DNA of 64,000 nucleotides from the human T2T-CHM13v2.0 reference genome, Homo sapiens (GCF_009914755.1 NC_060925.1), one strand, 5' to 3'; shown: positions 1 through 21,234, counted from the first letter of the stretch. Notes: generated by a model not told the origin, from the sequence alone. Translations and numbers: made by a program.

Positions 1-1
1 A

Positions 2-151
<150 letters not shown>

Positions 152-578
152 TCAAAAAAAAAAAAAACAAAAAAACAAAAAACGCAGGACTCAAGCGAGA
201 CTGGGTTTGAAAGCTATTTCTACTCTATGACCTTGGGTAAGTTACTTAACTGCTCTGTCTCATTCACTTTGAGTATAAAAATGGAAATAACAGCACCTAC
301 CTCCTAGAGTTATGGTGAGGATTAAATGAGTTAATTCACATTCATCATTAGGACAGTGTATGGCATATAGCATATGCTCAGTAAGTATAGTCAGATTACG
401 ATCTGCTGAGTAATAAGCAGTTTACATCCATTATCTCCTTAAAACCTCAGAAACTTCTGAGGTAGGTAAATACTATTATGAAGAGGCTTAATAACTTGAA
501 GAGTTACAATAAATAGCCGGGCGCAGTGGCTCTCGCCTGTAATCCTAGCACTTTGGGAGGCCGAGGCAGGCCGGATCA

Positions 579-815
<237 letters not shown>

Positions 816-973
816 TTATAATAAATAACAAGTCAGGACTTGAATTCGAGTCTATCCTGAAAGCTCATGAGGGCCCTTAACTCTTATGCCATTCATTTAA
901 AAAATTGTGGAGGATGGGTGCGGTGCCTCATGCCTGTAATCCCAGCACTTCGGGAGGCGAGAAGGGTGGATCA

Positions 974-1226
<253 letters not shown>

Positions 1227-1698
1227 CTACTGTTATACATTCCTGGCTGAAATAATCCAGATATAGCCCCTGCTCATGGAGTTTACTACATTCTAGTGGG
1301 GAATGAGACAATAAATAAGTAAACATAACCAAATGCGTATTTTCAGATAGAGGTTCTCTATTGCCTCCATGTTCTTCTTTCTCTTTGAGGTCTTAGTTTT
1401 CCTTAGGGAATTATCAATTTGTCAGTGTTTATCAAGCAGCTACTCTTTTCCTTTTTTTTTTTTTTTTGAGACGGAGTCTCGCTCTGTCACTACCCAGGTT
1501 GGAGTGCAGTGGCGCGATCTTGGCTCACTGAAAGCTCCGCCTCCTGGGTTCACGCCATTCTCCAAGCAGCCACTCTTTTCTCGGTACTCTACTACATGTG
1601 GCTTGCTAAAACATCAAATGGTTTAAAAATAGAGATGAGACATTTGAAAGATACTTTGTGTATTCAGAACCCCATTACCTAGGAAAAGGTTTTTCTGA

Positions 1699-2013
<315 letters not shown>

Positions 2014-2121
2014 TAGCCAGATGGTCTCAATCTCATGACCTCGTGATCCGCCTGCCTTGGCCTCCCAAAGTGCTGGGATTACAGGTGTGAGCCACCGCGC
2101 CCGGCCCCTTTCTACTTTTTA

Positions 2122-2818
<697 letters not shown>

Positions 2819-3155
2819 TAGTAGAGATGGGATTTCACTGTGTTAGCCAGGATGGTCTCAATCTTCTGACCTCTGCCTGCCTCAGCCTCCCAAAGTGCTG
2901 GGATTACAGGCGTGAGCCACTGCGCCCGGCCTAATTTTTTCTATTTTTAGTATAGATGGGATTTCACTGTGTTGGCCAGGCTAGCCTCGAACTCCTGACC
3001 TCAGGTGATCTGTCCGCCTCAGCCTCCCAAAGTGCTGGATTACAGGCATGAGCCACTGGGACCAACCTTACTGTTTATTGAAATAAGATATGGGCCAGGC
3101 ACAGTGGCTCACACCTGTAATCCCAGCACTTTGGGAGGCCGAGGCAGGCGGATCA

Positions 3156-3442
<287 letters not shown>

Positions 3443-3451
3443 TTACTTTGA

Positions 3452-3778
<327 letters not shown>

Positions 3779-3854
3779 TGATCCACCCACCTTGGCCTCC
3801 CAAAGTTCTGGGATTACAGGCGTGAGCCACCGCTCCCGGCCAACACCCAGCTAA

Positions 3855-4042
<188 letters not shown>

Positions 4043-4368
4043 TAGTAGAGACAGGGTTTCACCATGTTGGTCAGAACTCCTGACCTCCTGATCCACCCGC
4101 CTTGGCCTCCCAACGTGTTGGAATTACAGGCGTGAGCCACTGTGCCCAGCCCGCCCTGCTAATTTTTGTATTTTTTTTTTTTTTTTTTTGAGATGGAGTC
4201 TGGCTGTGTTGCCAGGCTGGAGTGCAGTGGCGTGATGTTGGCTCACTGCAACCTCTCCCTCCGGGTTCAAGCAATTCTTGTGCCTCAGCCTCCCGAGTAG
4301 CTGGGATTACAGGCACACACCACCCCACCCAGCTAATTTTCGTATATTTTTTTTTTGTTTGTTTTTGA

Positions 4369-4756
<388 letters not shown>

Positions 4757-4916
4757 TGATCCGCCCGCCTCGGCCTCCCAAAGTGCTGGGATTACAGGCG
4801 TGAGCCACCGCGCCTGGCGAAACTGGACGTTTTCTTACATAACCACAATGCTTATATCACACTAACAAAATTATCAGTGATTCTCTAATACCATATCATA
4901 GCAGGTCTACATTTAA

Positions 4917-5209
<293 letters not shown>

Positions 5210-5472
5210 TAATGTATAAAAGCCAACCTCTTTTTTTCCTCATACTATTTAACTTTTTAAGGAGGTAAGACTAGTTGTCTTTATAAGAGCCTATATTCTG
5301 AGGCTGGGTGCGGTAGCTCATGCCTGTAATCCTAGCACTTTGAGAGGCCGAGGCGGGCAGATCACCTGAGGTCGGGAGTTCAAGACCAGCCTGACCAATA
5401 TGGAGAAACCCCATCTCTACTGAAAATACAAAATTAGCTGGGCATGGTGGCGCATGCCTGTAATTCCAGCTA

Positions 5473-5613
<141 letters not shown>

Positions 5614-6587
5614 TCAGAAAAAAAAAACAGATCATACATTCTGCATTCATTTGTTTACTTGTGGTGTTTTGCATAGTCTATCTCTAAAATTTCCTGGAAC
5701 TGGTTATTAGATCTAAAGTCTTGATGGGATTGCATAATACAATTTTGACAAGAGTATTCACACATGATAAAATGCATAAATGAATGTTTACTAAATGAGT
5801 CTGGGGCCAGGTGCCTTGGCTCATGCCTGTAATCCCGGAACTTTGGGAGGCCGAAGTGGGTGGATCTCCTGAGGTCAGGAGTTCAAGATCAGCCTGGCCA
5901 ACATGGCAAAATCCCATCTCTACTAAAAATACAAAAATTAGCCAGGCATGGTGGTGGGTACCTGTAATTCCAAGTGTTCATGAGGCTGAGGCAGGATAAT
6001 TGCTTGAACCTGAGAGGCAGAGGTTATAGTGAGCTGAGATCGAGATGATATCCGTCTCATAAATAAATAAATAAATACAGATAAACGAATCTTGGACTGG
6101 CCCAGATGGACAATCCTTATATTCAGGCTTGTAAATTAGGTCTGAGCTGGGGTATGGCAGGGAACAAAAACAGTGTTGGCTCAGATTAGAAAAACATTTC
6201 TTTCTCCCTTCAAGGCCAAGACCCATCTTGAGCCTTTTTTTTTTTTTTTTTAAAACAGTCTCAAACCAGCCTGTTGCTCAGGCTGGAGCAGTGTGGCATG
6301 ATCTCAGCTCACTGCAACCTCCACCTCCTGGGTTACAGCAATTCTCCCCCTCAGTCTCCCGAGTAAGCTGGGACTACAGGTGTGCGCCGCCATGCCCAGC
6401 CAATTTTTGTATTTTTAGTAGAGATGGTGTTTCAGCATGTTGTCCAGGCTGGTCTCCTGACCTTCAGTGATCCACCTGCCTTGGCCTCCCAAACTGTTGG
6501 GATTATATGCGTGAGCCATCACGCCTGGCCTCATCTTGAGCCATTTTATCTTTAACCATTTTCTTTCTCTATTTGCTTTTTTTCCAG

Positions 6588-6687
6588 GATCCCAGCTGGC
6601 TACTGCTTTGTAGAATTTGCAGATTTGGCCACAGCTGAGAAGTGTTTGCATAAAATTAATGGGAAACCCCTTCCAGGAGCCACACCT
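6588..6687 (+). CDS. TRNAU1AP: TRNAU1AP (SECp43) internal coding exon, RRM1 ([34 protein letters not shown])
   Basis: Polypyrimidine tract and CAG acceptor at 6585-6587, GTAAGG donor at 6688. Contains RNP1 motif AGYCFVEF. Phase matches the next exon. Confidence 0.96.
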
Positions 6688-7300
6688 GTAAGGACATTTA
6701 GATAATGATGATGTTGCCATTATTATTGTCATTGCTTACTACCATCTATTGAATCCCTACTGTATACTTATTTTATTTAATCCTAAAACAACCCTTTACA
6801 GTAGGCATTGTTATCTTTGTAGGCCCAGGAAACTGAAGCTCAGGGAATTGAAATAACTTGTCCAAGGCAACACAGGTAGTAAATGGCAGAGCCAGGATTC
6901 AGACTGAAGATTGGTTGCCTCCCAAATCCATGCCTTTCCATTCTGCATTGCTGCCTCCCATAACCGAAGACTTGAAACTCTAGACCTCTTGCCTGATTGG
7001 GAAACTAGAATAGGCTGGCAGCAGCAAGGACACATTTCAAGAGAGTTGCATTCTGCTCTTCCCACAGTTACTTAGCTTACAGCTGCACCAGCTGGCACAC
7101 CTGGGCTCATAGAACCATGGAGCTGGCAGTGCCCTTAGCGGTCATCCGTGCAACCCCCTCATTTTATACAGGAGAAAAAGCTGAGGCTTAGAGAGGGGGA
7201 GATGTTTTGGCCAAGGTAATTTATTTCAGTTTTCTTCAAATATTGTTCAACTCTTGAAACACCTTTCTCTGTTTTAGTTTGTTTGTTTTTCAACTTCCAG

Positions 7301-7353
7301 GCGAAACGTTTTAAACTGAACTATGCCACTTACGGGAAACAACCAGATAACAG
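7301..7353 (+). CDS. TRNAU1AP: TRNAU1AP coding exon (AKRFKLNYATYGKQPDNS)
   Basis: ttccag|GCG acceptor and AG|gtaggt donor. Continues the frame from 6687. Confidence 0.95.
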
Positions 7354-8425
7354 GTAGGTACAAAGTCATGTCTAGACAGACATAAGATGTGTCACTGTGC
7401 CTGTCACTGCCATATAGGAGGAGGGGAGCCGGTTTGGCTGCACTTGGTTCCCTCCTGAAGGACGACGCTCTTCTCCCTTCCTTGCTGGTGGACCTTCCTG
7501 GTGTGCTTCATGCAAGACCCTGGCTTTTCTGTATTTGGTCCCTGCCCCTGGCTTCCTACCCTGCTACTCCTCACAGTATTGAAGTTTTATTCAATAAGAA
7601 TTGCCTTGTTAGCCAGGTGCAGTGGCTTACGCCTGTAATCCCAGCACTTTGGGAGGCCGAAACAGGCAGATTGCCTGAGCCTAGGAGTTCAAGAATAGCC
7701 TGGGCAACATGGCAAAACCCTGTCTCTACAAAAAAATACAAAAATGGCCGGGTGTGGTGGCTCACTCCTATAATCCCAGCACTTTGGGAGGCCAAGGCGG
7801 GCGGATCACGAGGTCAGGAGATCGAGACCATCCTGGCTAACACGGTGAAACCCCGTCTCTACTAAAAATACAACAAATTAGCCGGGCGTGGTGGCAGGCG
7901 CCTGTAGTCCCAGCTACTCAGGAGGCTGAGGCAGGAGGCTCACCTGAGCCCAGGGAGGGCTACAATGATCAAGGCTACTGTGAGCCATGATCGTGCCACT
8001 GCACTCCAGCCTGGGCAACAGAGTGAGACCCTGTCTTAAAAAAGAAACCCAATGAATTGACCTGTTATAGCAACATAAATTGATTGGAATTTCAGGTTGC
8101 CATTTGAAAGCATTAAAACGGTGTACCAAAAGCTTAAAAAACATTTATATGCATTAACCCTATAATTCTACTTTTCAGTATTTATTCATGGACGTGTGCA
8201 AAGATTAGCCTCAGATGTATTCATTGAAGTATTGTGTATAATAGCTAAAGTTGGGGAAAACCCAAATAACCTAATAGTAGGGAAGTGATTAAATTATGGT
8301 CATTAGTTAGGATGCGGTGTATCCACTGACAAGTCATTGCAGTATACTGACATGTCAAGATATTGGCAATATGTTGAAAATGAAAAAAAATACTAGAAAC
8401 AAAATACGATGGATCGTATTTATGA

Positions 8426-9085
<660 letters not shown>

Positions 9086-9604
9086 TGATCCACCTGCTTC
9101 GGTCTCCCAAAGTGCTGGGATTACAGGCATGAGCCACTGCGCCTGGCCTTGTGTATTCTTATTATACAAGGAATATGTATAATATGTATAATCATACCTG
9201 AAATAAGATAATAACAAAGGTAGGCCGGGTGCGGTGGCTCACGCCTGTAATCCCAGCACTTTGGGAGGCTGAGACGGGCAGATCACAAGGTCAGGAGTTT
9301 GAGGCCAGCCTGACCAACATAGAGAAACCCCGTCTCTACTAAAAATACAAAAATTGGCTGGGCGTGGTGGCTTACACCTGTAATCCCGGCACTTTGGGAG
9401 GCCGAGGAGGGTGGATCACCTGCGGTCGGGAGTTCGAGATCAGCCTGGCCAACATGGTGAAACCCCGTCTCTACTAAAAATACAAAAAATTAGTTGGGCG
9501 TAGTGGCGGGCACCTGTAATCCCAGCTACTCAGGAGGCTGAGGCAAGAGAATCGCTTGAACCTGAGAAGCAGAGGTTGCAGTGAGCTGAGATTGCGCCAC
9601 TTCA

Positions 9605-9847
<243 letters not shown>

Positions 9848-10657
9848 TTATTTTTTTAATAGAATTGACCTCCTATAATAGGAGTTGGTAAACTTTGGCC
9901 TGATTTGTATCACCCACAAGCTCGCAGTGGTTTAAGAGGTTGGGTATGGTAGCTCACACCTGTAATCCCAGCACTTTGGGAGGCTGAGGCAGGTGGATCA
10001 TTTGAGGTCAGGAATTTGAGACCAGCGTGGCCAACTTGGCGAAACCCCGTCTCTGCTAAAAATACAAAAGATTAGCTGGGCGTGGTGGTGCGCACCTGTT
10101 ATCCCAGCTGGTCGGCAGGCTAAGGTGTGAGAATCACTTGAACCTGGGAGACAGAAGTTGAAGTGACCCCAGATCACACCACTGCACTCCAGCCTGGGCA
10201 ACGAGCAAAACTCCATCTCAGAAAAAAAGATTGGGGATTTAATTTTCGCTAGGCTTTACGTCCTTAGAAGATAAGATCTAGTTCTTTTTTTTCTGTCTTT
10301 TAACATTTATGTTTAAAATATACAAGGAATGCAGAATGCATTATTATGCTGTTTTTATGCAGTTTTATCTTTTGAGTGCCTTAGATGCACTTCTGACCCC
10401 ATCCACACATCTGCACTCATGTAATACTTGAAGTCAGACAAGTTCTGTGGAGTGGGTGAGGGATTTGGGGCAGGGACTATTTCCCTAACTCTTCTGCCAG
10501 GACTGCTCTGATGAAACAAAGTAGGGGCTGGTTAAGTAGACCCATCAAATGTTTTCCTTAAGGGGCCTGGGAGAGGTTTACCTGGAATATGCAAAAGAGC
10601 TTTTCAGAGCAGAGGTTTTGGTCTTTGCCTCTGAATCTTCTTGTTCTCTCTCCTCAG

Positions 10658-10789
10658 CCCTGAGTATTCCCTCTTTGTGGGGGACCTGACCCCGGACGTG
10701 GATGATGGCATGCTGTATGAATTCTTCGTCAAAGTCTACCCCTCCTGTCGGGGAGGCAAGGTGGTTTTGGACCAGACAGGCGTGTCTAA
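10658..10789 (+). CDS. TRNAU1AP: TRNAU1AP coding exon, start of RRM2 ([44 protein letters not shown])
   Basis: tcctcag acceptor and gtaagg donor. Contains RNP2 motif LFVGDL. Confidence 0.96.
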
Positions 10790-11190
10790 GTAAGGCCTTA
10801 CTTGTTACTGATGCTTAACTGTGTTAGTTTCAGCCTTTCTCTCCTGAGTGGAGGTGTTTTAGAAAGGCCCTGCAGCATGGCGATTAAGACCACAAGCTCT
10901 GGAGCCAAACTGCCTGGTTCAAATCCCAGCTCCAATACAGGTGAGGGAGAATGCCAGTATTGTAGAATTGAAGCTCTGTGACCCTTACAGCCCCATCTGT
11001 AAAATGGAGCTGATTAATAATAGCTGCTTGTAGGGTTGATGTAAGGATTAAAGGATATAATATAAGTAAGTCACATTTGAAATGCTTTATAGGTGTTTGC
11101 TGTTTTGCTTGTTATTGTTACTGAGCCTTTCAGTGTAGTTAGAAGTGTTCCACTTCAGGCTGGGCGTGGTGGCTCATGCCTGTAATCCTA

Positions 11191-11855
<665 letters not shown>

Positions 11856-12074
11856 TCATGCTTCTGCCATGACTTTGGGCAAGTTGTTAAATCTCACTGA
11901 ACTGGTTACCTCTTCAGTAAATGTGGATACCACTTTCATGGAATTATTAGACAGTTTGATTAGATCACCCTGAGAAAATGCTCAGCACAGGCTGGGTGCG
12001 GTGGCTCACGCCTGTAATCCCAGCGCTTCGGGAGACAGGCGGGTGGATCACCTGAGGTCAGGAGTTCAAGACTA

Positions 12075-12350
<276 letters not shown>

Positions 12351-12488
12351 TCACCTGAGGTCAGGAGTTCGAGACCAGTCTGGCCAACATAGCGAAACCC
12401 AGGTCTCCACTTTAAAAAAAATACAGGCCAGGCGTGGTGGCTCATGCCTGTAATCCCAGCACTTTGGGAGGCCGAGGCGGGTGGATCA

Positions 12489-12782
<294 letters not shown>

Positions 12783-13248
12783 TTAGCTTGCATTAATTTA
12801 TTCCTCTGCTAGAATTTGAGCTCAGGAGAGCAGGAACGTTGTCTTTCTGTGACTGCTGCATCCTGTGCGTAGCACAGTGCCTGGCATACAGGGCAGACTG
12901 TAAATATTTGCTGAATTTTCTTCTATGAGTTACTTTCCAGCAGGGTGTCGGGGAAGCTCCTATTTGGGAATGTTCCCTAGGGGTGAAGGTGTCGAGGAGG
13001 ATGGTGAACTGAATGTGGGAATTCCTGCAGATATTAGAATTGTTTGTACTTGGATCTTGACACTATGTGGACACCTGTTGATGGGACTCTCCTTTCTTCC
13101 TCTAGTTTAATGGACTCTCTCTTTCTCTTCTCAGCCTCTTTTCCTTTCTACATTCCTGCCCACCTTCTTATCCTTACTTCTTTTTCATGTGTCCATTCTT
13201 AGACTTTAATCACATTTGTGATCTAAATTGTATATTTTTTTCATGCAG

Positions 13249-13368
13249 GGGTTATGGTTTTGTGAAATTCACAGATGAACTGGAACAGAAGCGAGCCCTG
13301 ACGGAGTGCCAGGGAGCAGTGGGACTGGGGTCTAAGCCTGTGCGGCTGAGCGTGGCAATCCCTAAAGC
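13249..13368 (+). CDS. TRNAU1AP: TRNAU1AP coding exon, RRM2 ([40 protein letters not shown])
   Basis: tgcag acceptor and gtgagt donor. Contains RNP1 motif KGYGFVKF. Lies within ORF 13187..13372. Confidence 0.96.
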
Positions 13369-13775
13369 GTGAGTCCTGCAGGGAAGGTAGAGAGACTCTA
13401 GACTCCCCTCCAGACACTCCTCTTTTGTTTGCTGAGAATCAGGGCATCCATACGCTGGATGGGAGGCTGAAGGGGATCCAATTCAAGTCACAAGTACTGA
13501 ATGCCTGCTGTTTGCCAGGCTGTGGGTGCTGGGGTTGAACTAGCCCCACTCCTGCAGAAACTTAGAGTTGGGGATAGAGTATGATTTGGAAAGGCTGATG
13601 TATTCAGACATTACTGGTGACAGCATTGGAAAAGCTGTTTGGCTGTCCATACCTGATGTCCCTGTTCTTTGCCCAGTAGTCCCATTGTTGGGAACTTATT
13701 CATAGAATTAATAAGATTTGAATAAAGGGGAAAAAATTACTTCCATTTTTAGCCTTATTTATATTAATGAAACTA

Positions 13776-14147
<372 letters not shown>

Positions 14148-14552
14148 CTACAGAACATTATATACTTCACTATCACACCTGTCATGCTAGGTAGAAAATC
14201 TTCTTCCCTTACAACTCCAAACTTTTCTCTGAATGGGATTTTTTGTTTGTTTGTTTTTTCCCTGAGTCAGGATCTCAAAGTCACCCAGGCTGGAGATCAT
14301 GTCTCACTGCAGCCTCGACCTCCCCAGGCTCGGGATCCTCCCATCTCAGCCTCCTGATTAGCTGGTACTACAGGTGCACACCACCATGCTAGGCAAATTT
14401 TGTGTTTTTTGTAGAGATAGGGTCTTGCTTTGTTGCCCAGGCTGGTTTCGAATTCCTGGGCTCAAGCAATCTGCCCACCTTGGCCTACAAAAGTGTTGGG
14501 ATTACAGGCATAAGCCATTGTGCCTGGCCAGATCTTTTATCCTTTAGCCAAA

Positions 14553-14752
14553 TTAATGATTTTCAACTGGAGTGATTTTGCCTCCCAGAGGACATTGACA
14601 ACATCTGGAGACATTTTTGGTTATCACAACCAAGGATGTACTAATGGCACCTAGTGGGTATCGGCCAAGGATACTGTTAAACATCATGCAATTCATCGGA
14701 CAGCCACCCACCCCTCCACGTCAATAGATCCAGGGCTGAGAAACTCTACCCT
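14553..14752. mobile_element. MER20-like hAT DNA transposon fossil
   Basis: gtgattttgcctcccagaggacatt...tctggagacatttttggttatcacaac...ctagtgggta resembles the MER20 consensus. Limits approximate. Confidence 0.7.
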
Positions 14753-14764
14753 AAGAGTAGTTGA

Positions 14765-14992
<228 letters not shown>

Positions 14993-15592
14993 TGACCTCA
15001 GGTGATCTGCCTGCCTTGGCCTCTCAAAGTGCTGGGATTACAGGCGTGAGCCACTGCGCCCAGCCAAATAGCCATGTTTTTGAAAGCAATGATTTAGGGG
15101 TTCTTTATGGTTTAACTGTGTTTAATACATTGAAGATCAGGCTTAGTGACTTCTCCCAAAAATGTTATTTGTTGTAAATAAATTATTATATAAAAACATT
15201 AAATTAGCTGGGCTTGGTGTACTCCTCTAGTCCCAGCTGCTCTGGTGGCTGAAGTGGGAGAATTGATTGAGCCTAGGAGTTCAAGGTTACAATGAGCTAT
15301 GATAACTCCACTGCACTCTAGCCCAGGCAACAGAGTGAGACCGTGTCTCTTAAAAAACAAAATAGGCTGGGCGTGGTGGCTCATGCCTGTAATCCCAGCA
15401 CTTTGGGAGGCCGAGGTGGGTGGATCACAAGGTCAGGAGATCGAGACCATCCTTGCTAACATGGTGAAACCCCGTCTCTACTAAAAATACAAAAAATTAG
15501 CCAGGTGTGGTGGCGGGCACCTGTAATCCCAGCTACTCAGAGAGGCTGAGACCGGAGAATGGCATGAACCCAGGAGGCAGAGCTTGCAGTGA

Positions 15593-15736
<144 letters not shown>

Positions 15737-15753
15737 TGAGACCATCCTGGCTA

Positions 15754-16135
<382 letters not shown>

Positions 16136-16909
16136 TCAAGCGATTCTCCTTCCTTAGCCTCCCAAGTGGCTGGGATTATAGGCGTGAGCTACCACGTCTG
16201 TCTCTTTTCTTTTTTTTTTGAAACAGAGTTTCACTTTTATTGCCCAGACTGGAGTCCAGTGGCACAATCTAGGCCCATTGCAACCTCTGTCTCCCAGGTT
16301 CAAGCGATTCTCCTGCCTCAGCTTCACAAGCAGCTGGGATTGCGGGCGCGCCATCCCACCCAGCTAATTTTTTGTATTTTTAGTAGAGATGGGGTTTCAC
16401 CATGTTGTCCAGGCTAGTCTTGGAACTCCTGACCTCAGGTGACCCACCTGCCTTCGCCTCCCAAAGTGTTGGGATTACAGGTGTGAGCCACCGCACCCAG
16501 CCCTTTTTTGTTTTGTTTTTTTTTTTAAACAGGATATCCTTTTGCCAGTCCTGACATAGTTTGTTAAGAGAGACAAACCTATCCATTAAAATCTCCTGTA
16601 TTAAAAGCATGGTCTCTGGAGCCATACTCTCATATTAGCTGTGTGACTTTGGACAAATTACTTAACCTCTCTGTTCCTCAGTTTCCTTATCTGTAAAATA
16701 GGAATAATGATACACTTATTGCATATGGTTGTTTTGAGGATTAAAAGAGTTAATTGGTGGCCGGGCTCCCAGCACTTTGGGAGGCTGAGGCAGGCGGATC
16801 ACGAGGTCAGGAGATCGAGACCAGCCTGGCTAACATGGTGAAACCCTGTCTCTACTGAAAATACAAAAAATTAGCCAGGCGTGGTGGCACACACCTGTAG
16901 TCCCAGCTA

Positions 16910-17033
<124 letters not shown>

Positions 17034-17130
17034 TTAATCGGTATAAAGCACTTAAAATAGTCTGTGGCCACATAGGCAGTGTTACGGAAATGTTTGCTTA
17101 CACTTATTTTTGTTTCTGTCTTCATTTAAG

Positions 17131-17293
17131 GAGCCGTGTAAAGCCAGTGGAATATAGTCAGATGTACAGTTATAGCTACAACCAGTATTATCAGCAGTAC
17201 CAGAACTACTATGCTCAGTGGGGCTATGACCAGAACACAGGCAGCTACAGCTACAGTTACCCCCAGTATGGCTATACCCAGAGCACCATGCAG
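17131..17293 (+). CDS. TRNAU1AP: TRNAU1AP coding exon, Tyr/Gln/Ser-rich low-complexity region
   Basis: tttaag acceptor and CAG|gtaacc donor. Encodes [34 protein letters not shown]... Confidence 0.95.
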
Positions 17294-17821
17294 GTAACCA
17301 TGACTTGGCAAGACTGGTCCCCTTGGGTTGTGTTTCTCCTCTAGAAACAGGTCATTCTCTAGGATGGGATTGGTAAGGACAGGGGCTTGGGCTTCAGAAA
17401 AAATAGGGAAAGTTGAAGCAGTCCAGTTCCTCTTGTTAAAAATAAGCCATTGTGGGTAGGGCCCAGTGGCTCACACCTGTAATCCTAGCACTTTGAGAGG
17501 CCGAGGCAGGTAGATCACCTGAGGTCAGGAGTTCAAAACCAGCCTGGCCAACATGGTGAAACCCTGTATCTACTAAAAATACAAAAAATTAGCTGGGCAT
17601 AGTGGCAGGCGCCTATAATCCCAGCTGCTCAGGAGACTGAGGCAGGAGAATCTCTTGAAACTGGGATGCGGGTGTTGCAGTGAGCCGAGATCACGCCACT
17701 ACACTCTAGTCTGGGTGACAGAGCTAGACTCCACCTCAAAAAAAATAAAAAATATAAGCCACTGTGGTCCTGGGCCAGGATTTCACCATGCCCCTAACCC
17801 ACATCTCTGGTCTCTTGGCAG

Positions 17822-17855
17822 ACATATGAAGAAGTTGGAGATGATGCATTGGAAG
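17822..17855 (+). CDS. TRNAU1AP: TRNAU1AP 34-nt coding exon (TYEEVGDDALE)
   Basis: ggcag acceptor and AG|gtaagg donor. Phase links exon 17131-17293 to the exon at 23456. Confidence 0.92.
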
Positions 17856-17980
17856 GTAAGGGTTCATACGTTCCTTACTCTGTCAGCCATTATCAGGTGA
17901 CTGCTGTGGCTGGCACTGTGCTCTCAGCTAGAGGGAAGACAAGATAAATTCTGCTCTGGAAGAACTTACATTCTGGTTAG

Positions 17981-18595
<615 letters not shown>

Positions 18596-18726
18596 TAGTA
18601 AAGTATGGGCCAGGCATGGTGGCTCACGCCTCTAATCCCAGCACTTTGGGAGGCCGAGGCAGGTGGATTGTGAGGTCAGGAAATCGAGACCATCCTGGCT
18701 AACACGGTGAAACCCCGTCTCTACTA

Positions 18727-18936
<210 letters not shown>

Positions 18937-19729
18937 TCACCCCATATCCTATTACAACATAGTAATAGCCATTATTAATTTTTTCTTTTTCTTTTTTTTT
19001 TTTTTTTGAGGCAGAGTCTTGCTGTGTCACCCAGACTGGAATGCAGTGGCGCAATCTCATCTCACTGCAAGCCCGCCTCCCGGGTGCAAGTGATTCTCCT
19101 GCCTCAGCCTCCCGAAGAGCTGGGATTTCAGGCACATGCCACCACGCCCAGCTAATTTTTGTATTCTTAGTAGAGACGGGGTTTCACCATCTTGGCCAGG
19201 CTAGTCTCAAACTCGACCTCGTGATCCGCCTGCCTCGGCCTCCCAAAGTGCTGGGATTACAGGGGTGAGCCACCGTGCCCAGCCCATTATTAATTTTTTA
19301 ATTAAAAATATTTAAGCCTTGCACGGTGGCTCACCCCTGTAATCCCAGCCCTTTGGGAGGCCAAGGAGGGTGAATCATGAGGTTAAGAGATCGAGACCAT
19401 CTTGGCCAACATGGTGAAACCCCGTCTCTACTAAAAATAAAAAAATTGCCAGGCGCGGTGGCTCACCCCTGTACTCCCAGCACTTTGGGAAGCCACGGCG
19501 GGAGGATCACCTAAGGTCGGAAGTTCTAGACCAGCCTGGCCAACATGGTGAAATTCTGCCGGTACTAAAAATAAAAAAATTAGCCAGGCGTGGTGTTGCG
19601 CGCCTATAATCTCACCTCCTCAGGAGGCTGAGGCAGGAGAATCACTTGAACCCGGGAGGCGGAAGTTGCAGTGAGTCGAGATCATACCACTGTACTCCAG
19701 CCTGGGCAACAGTGCAAGACTCTGTCTCA

Positions 19730-19891
<162 letters not shown>

Positions 19892-21135
19892 TCAAAAAAA
19901 AAAACAACAGTATTTACTGTCTAGGCACGGTGGCTAAAGCCTGTAAGGTCTTTGGAAGGCCAACGTGGGTTGGAGGATGGCTTGAGCCTAGAACTTTGAG
20001 ACCAGCCTGGGCAACATAACGAGACCCCATCTCTTTTTTTTTTTTTTTTTTTGGGAGACGGAGTCTTGCTCTGTCACCCAGGCTGGAGTGCAGTGGTGCA
20101 GTCTCCAATCTCAGCTCATTGCAACCTCTGCCTCCCAGGTTCAAGTGATTCTCCTGCCTCAGCCTCCTGAGTAGCTGGGATTACAGGCATGCACCACCAC
20201 GCTCGGCTAATTTTTGTATTTTTAGTAGAGACAGGGTTTCAGCATGTTGGCCAGGCTGGTTTCGAACTCCTTACCTCAAGTAATCCTCCCGCCTCAGCCT
20301 CCCAAAGTGCTTTGATTACAGGCATGAGCCACTGTGCCCGGCCAAGTATTTATAATTTTCACTGAATTTCACAGAAGAAAAAGGAAAGAAAAACTGAAAG
20401 CCAAGCATGGTGGCCTGTGGTTCCAGCTACTTGGGGGAGGCTGAGGCAGGAGGATTGCTTGGGCCCAGGAGGTTGAGGCTTCAGTGAGCTGTGACTACAG
20501 TTGTGCCCCACCATAACTGGCTATTTTTTTCTATTTTTTTGTAGAGGCAGGGTTTCACCATGTTGCCCAGGCTGGTCTTGAACTCCTAGGTTCAAGTGAT
20601 CTGCCCATCTCGGCCTTCCAAAGTGCTGGCATTATAGGCATGAGCCACTGCTCCTGGCCAAAACTTTTTTTGAGGTACAAAAAGACTCAAAGTTTGAAAT
20701 CTGTTTTGAGGATTCGTCTTCAAGAGAAAGTCATAGGGAAAATGTTTTCTGTCAAGAAAATGTTCGTTAAAGGAAACAGATCCCTTTTAGGGCATGAACA
20801 AACTTGTCTAGTTCATAACATTTTAAAGCACTTTCTTGTGTCCTCTCATGTGATGCCAACTGTAGTGACCTTGTGGGGTGGGCTGGGAAGGACACAGGAG
20901 CTCCATTTCACAGATGGGAAACTAGTGGCTCGGAAAGCCCAAGTGATCTGCTGAGGGTCACACAGTGTGGGGCAAAGTCAGGACAGTCCGGTCTTTTTAT
21001 ATTCAAGTCTCTAGTTGTTTCCCCCTGGGAGACATTGCCTTCTTTCTAGAGATAATTAGCCTCATAATATCTGTAGATAAGTCCTTAGAATTTTCCAATC
21101 TCTTTTTAATCCTTTTTTTGTTTTCTTTTTCTTGA

Positions 21136-21234
<99 letters not shown>

